This document shows, one piece after another, positions 9,313-18,107 of a stretch of DNA of 50,270 bases. Position 1 is the first letter of the stretch. Each line of letters opens with the position of its first letter. Below the pieces are notes generated by a model. It was not told where the DNA came from. It saw nothing but the letters and a program-made list of their open reading frames with translations, and did not search any database. The stretch is from the IMG/VR virus record IMGVR_UViG_3300044260_000061, positions 1 through 50,270 of that record; one strand, given 5' to 3'. Source of the DNA: a virus. Taxonomy: Duplodnaviria; Caudoviricetes. Position numbers and translations under genes: made by a program.

Positions 9313-10293
9313 CTACGACGCGAGCGTGACCTTGACCACCGCGTCGGGCCGCAGGCAGATGGCCAGCGGGTTCGACTGCGTATGCAGCTTCACCCAGCGG
9401 TTGAACTCGTCGTCGATCGCCTGCTTTGCGTAGACGGGCAGGCCGACCGTGTTGACGGTCTCGACGAAGTCGGCGGGCGCGAAGTAGGTGGCGAAGATCG
9501 ACGTCCCTTCCGGGAAGACGTAGGCTTCGCCGGCGGGGATGAACGGCGTCCCGCCCAGGCTGCCGCGGTAGTTCTCGAAGGTGACACCGCCGTAGAGGAA
9601 GCCGCTCCGGAGGTCGCCGCGCAGGAGGGCGGATTCCTGGTACTTCAGGGACTCCTTGATCGAGTCGGCCTCGATCAGGGCATCGAAGAAGTCGTCGCCG
9701 CAGAAGGCGCGGTAGCCCGAGACGACCTCGGCCCCGAGCACGCCCTCGATCTGCCGCTGCGCCGCGACCGTCTGCGCGCGGACGTCGCCGGCGAGGTCGA
9801 ACTCCGCGTCGGACTGGGAGACGCCGAAGGCGGTGAACAGGTTGAGCAGGGTGGAGCCGTCGGCGTCGAGCACGAGGCCCTTGATCGCGCCAGCGCGCAG
9901 GTGCTCGAGAGTAACCTCGTGCATCGCGCGCAAGTCGGCCAGGCGCTCGTTGACGATCTGCTGGACGCCCTGCGCGGCGTCCGGCGAGCCGAACGCGCGG
10001 ACGTTCTGCACCTCGTCGGCCAGGATGGTCGACTCGCGCTCCAGGTGCGGCACCACGAAAGAACGGGCCGTCCGCTTCTCGGCGCCGATCGTCGAGCCGG
10101 GGCCGCCGCGTGGCGAGGTCTGGATGAGCGACAGGCGGCCGTTCTTCTCCTCGACGACGACCGTCGTCGTGGTGATGCCGCGCTCGCGGAAGAGGCCCAG
10201 CGAACCGATCCGGCCGGGCTTGTACGGGGCCTTGAGGATCGCGTCGGTCAGCGACGCGAGCGAGAAGGCGTCGGTGCGAAAGATGTCCAGCAT
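9313..10293 (-). CDS. major capsid protein (lambda gpE family, 326 aa)
   Basis: AFSLASLTDAI...PGRIGSLGLF, TLEHLRAGAIKG and HTQSNPLAICLRP are hallmark motifs of this family. Confidence 0.95.
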   Translation of the reverse strand: MLDIFRTDAFSLASLTDAILKAPYKPGRIGSLGLFRERGITTTTVVVEEKNGRLSLIQTSPRGGPGSTIGAEKRTARSFVVPHLERESTILADEVQNVRAFGSPDAAQGVQQIVNERLADLRAMHEVTLEHLRAGAIKGLVLDADGSTLLNLFTAFGVSQSDAEFDLAGDVRAQTVAAQRQIEGVLGAEVVSGYRAFCGDDFFDALIEADSIKESLKYQESALLRGDLRSGFLYGGVTFENYRGSLGGTPFIPAGEAYVFPEGTSIFATYFAPADFVETVNTVGLPVYAKQAIDDEFNRWVKLHTQSNPLAICLRPDAVVKVTLAS

Positions 10294-10325
10294 GGTTCTT
10301 TTTCCTTTCCTCTTCCCTGGCGCCC

Positions 10326-10697
10326 TCAGTCGCGCGCCTTGATCCCGACGGCCGCGAGGTGGGTGAGCCCCGCGTCGTCGTCGGCGCCGTCGCCCCAGAC
10401 CAGATCCGCGGAGCGGACCTCGGCGCAGAAGTCGATGACCACGCCAGCCATCGCGACGGGCGCGTTCGTGGCGTTCACCAGCTCCGCGTACAAGACGCCG
10501 GCCGCCGTCTCGCTCCCGTCCGAGGCCGAGTCGTCGTACGGGGCGTAGTGCCCCGTGCCCGAGAGCTGGCCGAGGACGGTCCCCGGGGCCAGCGTGGTCG
10601 CCGCCGGGACGTCGACCGTGACGTTGTCGCGGCTGATCGTGCCGGGCGCCTCGGCGAGGATGAACTCGCCCGTGTTCTTACCTTCGGTCAGGCTCAT
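10326..10697 (-). CDS. head decoration protein (gpD-like, 123 aa)
   Basis: GEFILAEA...SRD, GTVLG, DGSETAAGVL and AEV motifs; between protease and capsid. Confidence 0.9.
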   Translation of the reverse strand: MSLTEGKNTGEFILAEAPGTISRDNVTVDVPAATTLAPGTVLGQLSGTGHYAPYDDSASDGSETAAGVLYAELVNATNAPVAMAGVVIDFCAEVRSADLVWGDGADDDAGLTHLAAVGIKARD

Positions 10698-10713
10698 CAG
10701 CTTCTCCTTCTCC

Positions 10714-11850
10714 TCAGTTCTTCGCCGCCGGCAGCCGGAGGCGGTTTCGCTCGGCGTACACGGCCACGACGTCGATCGCGGGCTTGTGCTTGGTTCCGTG
10801 GTCGGGATCGAGCCCGGCGTCGATCTCGACCTTGTCGAGCTTCGCGGTGATCTTCGTGAGGTGGTCCCGCACCTGCTCGACGGTCATGCCGCCCGAGACG
10901 TAGCCGGCGGCGAGGTCGTCCTGCTTCGCCTTCGCGCAGAGGGCGCGGATCTCCGTCGCACGGGCCTCGGCCGCCGCGCGCGCCTGCTTCTCGGAGGACG
11001 CCCGCGCCCGCACGGCTTCGAGGGTGAGGCCCTCGCCGATCAGCGCCTGGGCGAAGGCCAGGTCGAGCCCGGACTCGCCGCAGAGCCTGACAACCTCGGC
11101 CGCGTCGGCCACTGCCGGCGTGGGCGTGGGGGCAGGCGCCGGCTTTGGGCCGTCCTTGGGCTCGTCCTCCGGCCGCAGCAGCGCCTTGACTCGGTCCGCG
11201 TACTTCTCCGGGATCTTGAGCTTCCCGGCGGCCCGCGGATCGATCGAGGCCGCCGCCCGCAGGCCTTCGATCTTCTCGTCGGCGAAGCCGTTGGCCAGCG
11301 CCTCGTCGGCGTCCATCCAAGTCGTCGCGGCCAGCATCGCGGCGATCTCCCCGGCCGAGAGGTCCGTGTGCCACTGGTAGGTCGGGATCAGGCTCGCGTC
11401 CCTGAACTTGTCGAGGTCGGCCGCAGCCTGCCGCATCTCGGCCGCGTTGCCGACCGCCACCGTCCACGGGTCGTGGATCATCAGGAGGCCGTTGTCCGAG
11501 ATTCGCGCCGGCTCCCCCGCCATGACGATCAGCGACGCCGCGGAGGCCGCGAGGCCGTCCACGATCGTCTCGACGGTGCGCCCCTTCGCACGCTCGGCGC
11601 GCAGGGCGTTGGCGATGTTCACGGCGCCGAACACATCGCCGCCCGGGCTGTTGACGTGGACGCGGAGGGTCTTCACGGAGGGGGGCAGCTTCGCGAGCTC
11701 GTCGACGAACTGCTTCGCGGTGACGGGGGTGTCGGTCCCCAGCCAGTCCTTGATCCAATCGTCGACCCAGTCGCCGATCACGTCGATGATGTGGATGTCC
11801 GCGACCGTCTCGTCCTCGGCCTGTAGCCGGACCTGCATCCACTCCCTCAT
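10714..11850 (-). CDS. ClpP-type head maturation protease with C-terminal scaffold (378 aa)
   Basis: Start MREWMQ at 11850 (ATGA with the portal stop). NSPGGDVF, GLAASAASLI, MIHDPW and TWMDADEALANGFAD motifs; helical C-terminal tail. Confidence 0.92.
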   Translation of the reverse strand: MREWMQVRLQAEDETVADIHIIDVIGDWVDDWIKDWLGTDTPVTAKQFVDELAKLPPSVKTLRVHVNSPGGDVFGAVNIANALRAERAKGRTVETIVDGLAASAASLIVMAGEPARISDNGLLMIHDPWTVAVGNAAEMRQAAADLDKFRDASLIPTYQWHTDLSAGEIAAMLAATTWMDADEALANGFADEKIEGLRAAASIDPRAAGKLKIPEKYADRVKALLRPEDEPKDGPKPAPAPTPTPAVADAAEVVRLCGESGLDLAFAQALIGEGLTLEAVRARASSEKQARAAAEARATEIRALCAKAKQDDLAAGYVSGGMTVEQVRDHLTKITAKLDKVEIDAGLDPDHGTKHKPAIDVVAVYAERNRLRLPAAKN

Positions 11851-13382
11851 GCGGTCTCTCCCTTGGCTGACTTCTCTGCGCTGCCCATCGCCACGATGAC
11901 GGGCTGCGTCGCATCCTGTCGGCAGTCGGACTCGTAGGTCAGCCCGAGCGAATCCGCGCGATCGTTGTCCGCCTTCTGTTGGCGGTCGATCTCCTCGGCG
12001 TCGTCTCCCTGCTCCGCGACCGCCTGAGACCGAGACAGGAGACCCGCCCGGATCGCCGCCTTTGTCGCTTCGACGTCCTGCACCGGGTGGATGTACTTCC
12101 AGCCCTGCGCCTTCCACTCGACGGACGCCCAGGGCTCGGAGTCGTCGAGGAACGCTGCGGCGATCGGAAGCGCGCCACTCAGAAACACGCGGAAGAGCCA
12201 CGCGGCCCACACAGGCCGGCAGAGCTGGAAGGCGACGATGTGCTCTTGCCGGGTCTGAATCTGGCGCCGGAACTCGTGGAGGATCACCCGGACCGTCCGG
12301 TCGTTCACCCCCGTCATGTCGCCGGTGAGCACCTCGTACGGCACGCCCGTCGCAGCGGAGACACTCATGAGCTGCTGCCGCATGTAGCTGGGGTAGGCCG
12401 GGCCCACGTCGGGCGGGTCAGAGAACTCCACCTCTTCGCCTGGCGCGAGCTCCTGGAAAATGCCGGGCTCGAGGCTCAGGATCTGACGCCCGTCCGGGCT
12501 CGTCCCGTCCGGAGCCCTCCCGGTCAGGGGGTGGACGTCCGCTCCCGCGCCGTCGACGGTCGGGCGCTTCACGAAGCCAGCGAAGAGGTTCGCGATCTGC
12601 TGACGAAGGAGCGTCGCGTCGTCGAACTTGTCGAGCTCGTAGAGCCGCAGGAGGGCCTGGGTCAGGTGCGGCAGGCCGCGAATCTGGCCGGGGCGAAGAG
12701 GGTCGTACAGGTGGACGACGCTGTCCGCCGGCACGCGCCGGAGCTGGCCCGGGTCGAAGTCCATGAGGTCGCCAGGGCGCGACGGGTGAAACCAGTACGC
12801 GGCGCGCTTGCCGATCCCGTCGAACTCGATCCCGGCCCGGACCCGGTTGCCGTTGGGCGCGGTCGCGTCGTAGGTGTACGGGCACAGCTCGGGCTCGAGG
12901 ACCTGGACCTGGAGGGGTACGTGCAGACCGTCGCTGGGGAGGCGGGGGCGGAGGCGGATGAAAACCTCGCCCGCCTCAAGCCAGGACCGGACGGCCTGCG
13001 CCTGCTGGCCGTACCAGTCGAGGAGGCCGTCGGCATCGCTCTCGTCCGTCCACCGGAGCCAGAGGGCTTGGACGGCCTTCCGGAAGTCGGCGTCGACCGC
13101 CTTCGAAAGCGGCTTGATCCCGGTCCCGACGATGTTCGTGACGAGCTTGTCGATCACGCCCTTCGCGTAGCCGTCGTTCCGGACGGCCTGCCGGGACCGG
13201 TCCCTTAGGGTCGAGAGGTTCTGGAGGACGGCGATGTTCGGGGAGACCGTGGGGGCGCGCCATCCGAGGGTGCGCCGCGAAGACGAGCCGGCCTCGTAGA
13301 CGGAGGCGCGGACCTTCGGCGCAGTCACCTTGACGCCGCGGCCGAGGGGGAGGGCGAGCTGCGCGGCGGCGGCGGTCGCCAC
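11847..13382 (-). CDS. portal protein, lambda family (511 aa)
   Basis: LRDRSRQAVRND, VGTGI, GIEFDGIGKRAAYW, RPGQIRGLP, GVPYEVLTGD and IHPVQD motifs. Confidence 0.95.
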   Translation of the reverse strand: MATAAAAQLALPLGRGVKVTAPKVRASVYEAGSSSRRTLGWRAPTVSPNIAVLQNLSTLRDRSRQAVRNDGYAKGVIDKLVTNIVGTGIKPLSKAVDADFRKAVQALWLRWTDESDADGLLDWYGQQAQAVRSWLEAGEVFIRLRPRLPSDGLHVPLQVQVLEPELCPYTYDATAPNGNRVRAGIEFDGIGKRAAYWFHPSRPGDLMDFDPGQLRRVPADSVVHLYDPLRPGQIRGLPHLTQALLRLYELDKFDDATLLRQQIANLFAGFVKRPTVDGAGADVHPLTGRAPDGTSPDGRQILSLEPGIFQELAPGEEVEFSDPPDVGPAYPSYMRQQLMSVSAATGVPYEVLTGDMTGVNDRTVRVILHEFRRQIQTRQEHIVAFQLCRPVWAAWLFRVFLSGALPIAAAFLDDSEPWASVEWKAQGWKYIHPVQDVEATKAAIRAGLLSRSQAVAEQGDDAEEIDRQQKADNDRADSLGLTYESDCRQDATQPVIVAMGSAEKSAKGETA

Positions 13383-13604
13383 CTACAAGAGCCCCTTCGT
13401 CGCCACGATCAGGGTCTGCTTCGGTCGAGAGGCGCTCGTGACCGTCGCCAGTTGCCGGGCGATCGCGTCACGGGCCTTCTGCAGGTCTGCGATCGAGCGA
13501 TAGGTGACCGCGCGGTCGGCGAACATCACGTAGCCCTCGGGCCGCGCGATCGCGGCGTCGATGGCTGCGAGTCTGGCTTCGAGCTCGGCCTGCGTGTCCG
13601 CCAT
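13383..13604 (-). CDS. gpW-like head-tail adaptor (73 aa)
   Basis: LAAIDAAIA...VTYRSIADL motif; immediately before the portal. Confidence 0.88.
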   Translation of the reverse strand: MADTQAELEARLAAIDAAIARPEGYVMFADRAVTYRSIADLQKARDAIARQLATVTSASRPKQTLIVATKGLL

Positions 13605-13653
13605 CCCGAACCGAAGGATAGGGCCGGTTTTCGGACGGACCGGGGTCGGTGAA

Positions 13654-13692
13654 ATGGTGAGAGGCTATGGTGAGAGGCTATGGTGAAAGGGG
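13654..13692. repeat. 13-bp tandem direct repeat ATGGTGAGAGGCT x2 plus degenerate ATGGTGAAAGGGG
   Basis: Seen directly at 13654-13666, 13667-13679 and 13680-13692, upstream of the gpW/portal operon. Confidence 0.85.
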
Positions 13693-13923
13693 CTTGACAG
13701 GGGTTTCCGTTCCGCGTCGTTCGCGCGCTATCCTGGGGATCCGACCGCCCTCGAGCTCGCGCACGACCTCGGCCGGCACCCAGAGGCACAGCCGCGGATG
13801 ACTCCCCTGTCGCGCGAGGTGGCAGCGGGCCCGGAACGGACGGAGTTGTCTCCACGCTGTCAGCCGGGCGACGTGCAACGCGGCCGCGACCTCGCCAAGC
13901 GTGAACCAGGCCTTCTCGGTCAT
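13678..13923 (-). CDS. small HTH DNA-binding protein (81 aa)
   Basis: ATG at 13923 overlaps the upstream stop; WFTLGEVAAALHVARLTAWR is HTH-like. Confidence 0.6.
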   Translation of the reverse strand: MTEKAWFTLGEVAAALHVARLTAWRQLRPFRARCHLARQGSHPRLCLWVPAEVVRELEGGRIPRIARERRGTETPVKPLSP

Positions 13924-14744
13924 CGCGCTCGGGCCCTCGCGGGGACGCCGCGTCCCCAGCCGGGTCGGGGCGGGCGTGGGGGCTGGGGGACGGGGGCGGG
14001 CGGCGGGCCTCCGCCCGCTTCGCGCTCGAGCTGTCGCCAGATCCGGACCAGGCGCTGCAGCCGCATCGAGGCCGGCCCCAGGTTGAAGACGGCCCGCCGC
14101 AGGCTGCTCTTCAGGTGCACGATGCGGGTCAGCGCCGGATCGAAGGAGGCCCACGACGAGTCCTCCAGGTTCCACTCGACGCAGGGCAGCTTCAGGACCC
14201 GGAGGTCGAGCCGATCCACGATCCCCCCCTCCAGCATCGCGCCCAGGGCGGCCTGGTTACACCCGCCGTAGGTCCGTCTCCACCGCTGGTGCTCCTGTGG
14301 CGCCTCGAGGAGCCGCACGTTCTCCCGTTGCCACGCCGCGGCAAACTGGCGCGACGCCTCGCCCACCCGCAGAAACACGACGCCGCTGTTGAACGGGAAG
14401 CGCGAGGTCGTCTTCACGGTGTAGGCCAGGTCGAATTCCGCGTCCCACACGTCGTCGAGCGGGCGCAGGACCATCGTGTCGGAGTCGATCAGCAGGATCC
14501 GCTCCCCGTCCACCGCCGCCGCGATGACGTCCGCCCAGGCGTCCATCTTCATCGTGTTGTGGGCGTGGCTCGCGATCCCAAGGGGGCTCCGCCTCGGCGC
14601 CGGATTGATCCTCTGGACCTCGACCTCCCAGCCCGGGCAGTGCCGACGCGCCGTGAACTCCAACACGCGCGCCATCCTGGAAAACTGCTGGTTCTCCCCG
14701 AACCAAGGCGAGACGAGACGGGGGGCGCGGAGGCTATCGGCCAA
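13920..14744 (-). CDS. GT-A fold glycosyltransferase (GT8/GT34/GT77-like, 274 aa)
   Basis: LLIDSDTMVLRPL (DxD), FNSGVVFLR, NQAAL, EWN and IVHLK appear in the canonical order. Confidence 0.82.
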   Translation of the reverse strand: MADSLRAPRLVSPWFGENQQFSRMARVLEFTARRHCPGWEVEVQRINPAPRRSPLGIASHAHNTMKMDAWADVIAAAVDGERILLIDSDTMVLRPLDDVWDAEFDLAYTVKTTSRFPFNSGVVFLRVGEASRQFAAAWQRENVRLLEAPQEHQRWRRTYGGCNQAALGAMLEGGIVDRLDLRVLKLPCVEWNLEDSSWASFDPALTRIVHLKSSLRRAVFNLGPASMRLQRLVRIWRQLEREAGGGPPPAPVPQPPRPPRPGWGRGVPARARAR

Positions 14745-16629
14745 GATAGGAGCTCCTCGAGGCGCGGCGCTCGTTCGGTTGCGCGGGTTTCGTGGGCGCT
14801 GAACCCGAATCGCCGCCGCTCCCCGGCTTGGGCACCGGCGTCGCCGCGAGCGTCTCGGCCATGTGGCGGATGTTCGGGTTCAGGAGCCGGAACGCCGCGA
14901 GGGTGAGGACCGCGGTGTCGAGCGCTTCGTTCCGCTCCCGGTCCTGGACCCACACGCTATGGGTCGCGACGCCGGCCTTGTTCTTCCGGGTCTCCCGGTG
15001 CTCGGCGCAGAGCTGAGCGAGGTACTCCTCGTCTATCCGTTCCGGGAAGTGGAGGTAGCCGGGTCCGGGCGCGGCGAGCGCGAGGGCCGCCATGATCTCC
15101 GCCTTCGCGTCGTCCACGTTGACGGGATAGAGGCGGACGGGCCGGCCGCGGCGCCCGTAGGTCTTCTCGTTTACTCGGCCGATGATCGGCTCCCCCGAGC
15201 GCCCGGCGACGCCCTTCGTCGCGAAGATCCGCCGGTGCTGGTGCGCGAGCACGAAGTCGTAGATTTCCTCGGTGGCGTAGCCTGAGTCGATGCAGCTCGC
15301 GTGGATCGGGAGGAGATGCCCCGAGGCGTGCCGGTATCGGGCGCTGAGGGCCTCGAGGAGGGCCGCCTGGGTCTCGGCCCGCTTCGGGCTCCCGGGGATC
15401 GAGCGCCAGTCGACGACCCACCGCTCGCCGGCCGGCCCCCAGGCGACGACCTGCAGCGCGAAGTAGTCGACCTGGACGTCAACGCCGGCCGTGAGGCACG
15501 GGGCCTCCGCCGGGACCTCGACGTCCTCGCCGTAGGACTCCCGCCGCCCGAGGAAGCTCTGCGGCTCGAGCCGCGCACCGCGGTCCTCCCAGCCCTCGGC
15601 GAGCGACGTGTTGATGAACACCCGGAGGGCTTCCTTCCCGCGGGCCCGGGCGGACAGCCACTTCGCCACCAGGCCCGGGAGGGTGACGTCCCCGAGGGTC
15701 GAGACCATCGCCGGGAGATGGAAGCCGGCGAGGCCGGGCTCGTCCGCCTGGCGCGTCGCCCGCCACTCGCCCCGCGCGACCATCGCCCGCCGCTCCGGCT
15801 CGCGCATCCGGGCGCCGCAGGGGCACTCGAGGCAGGCGCTCTCGGCGTCCTCGCCGTCGAAGACGACCCGGAGGTGCTTGGGGTCATTCCAGGAGATCCA
15901 GTCCTCCCGGCCGCAGGTCGGGCACGCCACGAAGTATCGCCGCTGATCGCTCCGCGCGTAGAGGGTGTCGATCCGCCCCCCCATGAGGGTGGGGGTCGAG
16001 ACGAAGACGGTGAGGGCGTCGTAGAAGCTGGTCCCGCGGTTGATGAGTAGGTCGACGGGGTCACCCTCCTCGCCGACGACCGCGGGCCACCGGTCGACGT
16101 CGTCGCCGATGCCAAGGCGGATCGCACTCCGGGCGAACGGGTTCGGGCTGTTGGCGCCGCCGAGGATGATGAAGCCACCGGGGAACATCTTCATCGTCAG
16201 CGTGCTTTCGGCCTGTTGGGCAACCGTCCTCGGCTGCGCCTTGTCGCGGACGACCGCAGCGAGCTCGGGGGTCGAGCGGATCATGTCCGCCAGCCGTTCC
16301 TTCGAGTAGGCCTGGGCGACCTCGACGGTCGGGTGGATGACCAGCATCGGGCAGGGGTCGTGGTGGACGTGGTAGCCGATGACGTTGTTCAGCGCCTCCG
16401 ACCCGCCACTCTGCACGCTCTTCATCAGGGCGATCTTCCGGATCCCCTCCTCGCGGGTCGCGTCCATGATCCCCATCAGGTACGGCGCGACCTCGTTGTG
16501 CCACTTCCCGCCGCGGGCCGCGCTGGTCTCCGGCAGCATCCGGTACCGGTCAGCCCACTCGCTCACCGTCAGGCGGGGCGGGGGCTTCCACGCCGACGCC
16601 CACTCTGCCGTGAGGGTCGCAGAGCTCAT
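14734..16629 (-). CDS. terL: terminase large subunit, lambda gpA family (631 aa)
   Basis: PPRLTVSEWADRYR, KSVQSGGSE, STPT, CPTC/CPC zinc sites, LTAGVDVQ, IDSG and RNEALD. Start at 16629 by ATGA coupling. Confidence 0.96.
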   Translation of the reverse strand: MSSATLTAEWASAWKPPPRLTVSEWADRYRMLPETSAARGGKWHNEVAPYLMGIMDATREEGIRKIALMKSVQSGGSEALNNVIGYHVHHDPCPMLVIHPTVEVAQAYSKERLADMIRSTPELAAVVRDKAQPRTVAQQAESTLTMKMFPGGFIILGGANSPNPFARSAIRLGIGDDVDRWPAVVGEEGDPVDLLINRGTSFYDALTVFVSTPTLMGGRIDTLYARSDQRRYFVACPTCGREDWISWNDPKHLRVVFDGEDAESACLECPCGARMREPERRAMVARGEWRATRQADEPGLAGFHLPAMVSTLGDVTLPGLVAKWLSARARGKEALRVFINTSLAEGWEDRGARLEPQSFLGRRESYGEDVEVPAEAPCLTAGVDVQVDYFALQVVAWGPAGERWVVDWRSIPGSPKRAETQAALLEALSARYRHASGHLLPIHASCIDSGYATEEIYDFVLAHQHRRIFATKGVAGRSGEPIIGRVNEKTYGRRGRPVRLYPVNVDDAKAEIMAALALAAPGPGYLHFPERIDEEYLAQLCAEHRETRKNKAGVATHSVWVQDRERNEALDTAVLTLAAFRLLNPNIRHMAETLAATPVPKPGSGGDSGSAPTKPAQPNERRASRSSYLGR

Positions 16630-17243
16630 GCGGGGATCTCCTGGAGGACGGCCGCCCCCAGAGCGGCGTCCCACCGCCCGAGCTCCTCGAGCGCCTCGAC
16701 GACGAGCGCGTAGAGGGCCGACTCGTTCTCACGAGCCACGATTCCCCGCATGACGGCCTGGTGAGGCGTCGACAAGAGCCGCGCCTTCGCCGCGGTGATG
16801 TGGGCGCGTCCCTCGGCGACGGCGGCCGTTCGCTCGACGAGCTGGCCGGCCCGGACGAGGTTCTCCCGCTCCCACTTCTGCGCCTGGGCATCCGCCAGCC
16901 GCGCCCGGGCGGCCCCGAGGCTCAGGTTCGCATCCGGCCGATCCCCCTTCCCCCTCACCCACGCCCGCAGGGCCTCGAGGTCGTACATCGCCGAGTGCCC
17001 GCGCCGCCCCGGCATCGCCACCGGCGCCCCGTCGGCCGCCCACTTGTTGATCCGGTTCGGCGCCACGTCGAGCTCGCGCGCGGCCTCGGCGCGGGTCACG
17101 AGGCCGCCTGGCCGGCTCCCGACGGCCGGGAGGGTGCCTCGGCGGGCCGACTTCCGGCGGGGACGACCGCCCCTGGGGCCTCGGCGGGCCTTCGTTGCCG
17201 GCAGTTTCTTCGTCTTCGCGCCGGCCTTTCGGTGTCTCCTCAA
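16626..17243 (-). CDS. terS: terminase small subunit (Nu1-like)
   Basis: VTRAEAARELDV...INKW...GAP...YDL winged HTH followed by coiled coil and GQLV motif; directly upstream of terL. Start uncertain. Confidence 0.85.
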   Translation of the reverse strand: MRRHRKAGAKTKKLPATKARRGPRGGRPRRKSARRGTLPAVGSRPGGLVTRAEAARELDVAPNRINKWAADGAPVAMPGRRGHSAMYDLEALRAWVRGKGDRPDANLSLGAARARLADAQAQKWERENLVRAGQLVERTAAVAEGRAHITAAKARLLSTPHQAVMRGIVARENESALYALVVEALEELGRWDAALGAAVLQEIPA

Positions 17244-17284
17244 ACCCTTAATCCTCTAGGACTTAGCTGAGACGGCCGCTTCCC

Positions 17285-17357
17285 CCGCGCCCGCTTGACC
17301 CGCTCCAGGGTGGGGGGGCCCCAGGGTCCCTGGAAGTCCTGACGTATCAACACGTTG
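17285..17357 (-). other. candidate cos packaging site with IHF site
   Basis: Minus strand GGGACCC, 22 nt, 12-mer GGGTCAAGCGGG, CGCGG mirrors the lambda cosQ/cosN layout. TATCAACACGTTG (17345-17357) fits the IHF consensus WATCAANNNNTTR. Non-coding gap upstream of terS. Confidence 0.55.
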
Positions 17358-17384
17358 GCGCATCGCGCCCTAATCCCAATTGGC

Positions 17385-18107
17385 TCATGCACTTACGCCG
17401 CCCCATCGTGGCAGCACGCGCCCCCTCCAGTTCGCGCGGCAGGGGTCGCCCAGGTGCAGGACGTAGAAGTCCAAGAGGCCGACCTTGTGCGCGAAGCTGC
17501 CGCGGAAGACCAGGTCGTACTTGCCCGCGGTCTTGAAGCTGCCGAGGGCTTGGCCCGGGTAGTAGCGGAAGAGCTGGAAGTAGCCGAGGCAGGCCTTGGC
17601 CGCCTTGCGGATGGTCGACTTGTTCGCGCCACGGACGATGGCGGGCGCATCCATGCCGCGATCACGGGGGAGCATCAACGGAAGCGCCCCCCGCTTCGTC
17701 TGGCCCCCGCGGTGCGCCTCGAGATCGGCCGCTGTCGCGCAGAGGTAGCGGGCGCAGCCGTAGATGGCGCCCGGCCTGAGCCTGTCGGCCGGGAGGTGGC
17801 CGAACGGGTAGACGTCGGCGTCGGCGACGAGGCAGCGTTCGCCCATGGCGGGCGGGCCGAGGTTGCCCCGGCTGGTGATGCCGAGCGCCTCGTCGAGGGC
17901 GGCGGCCTTGTCGAAGGCGTGCCCGTGCGCGTACCACGCCTCGGTGATGTGGAGGCGGGCGCCGAGACGGGCGGCGAGAGCCTGCGTGTCGCGGTCCTTG
18001 GGCGCGGTGACGACCGTGATGCTGGCGAAGGGGAACATGGCTTGCCAGGCGGGCAACGTGACCGCGAGGAAGTCGGCGTAGTCAACGGCCGGGACTACGA
18101 TGCGCAC
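17385..18107 (-). CDS. GT2-like glycosyltransferase (240 aa)
   Basis: N-terminal IVVPAVDYADFLAVTL, FDKAAALDEAL, LVADADV (DxD), GYFQLF and VLHLG motifs. Confidence 0.75.
   Translation of the reverse strand: MRIVVPAVDYADFLAVTLPAWQAMFPFASITVVTAPKDRDTQALAARLGARLHITEAWYAHGHAFDKAAALDEALGITSRGNLGPPAMGERCLVADADVYPFGHLPADRLRPGAIYGCARYLCATAADLEAHRGGQTKRGALPLMLPRDRGMDAPAIVRGANKSTIRKAAKACLGYFQLFRYYPGQALGSFKTAGKYDLVFRGSFAHKVGLLDFYVLHLGDPCRANWRGRVLPRWGGVSA

Noticed and set aside
13654-13692. Tandem repeat as a mini-CRISPR array
   Set aside because: 13-bp units with no spacers and no cas genes.
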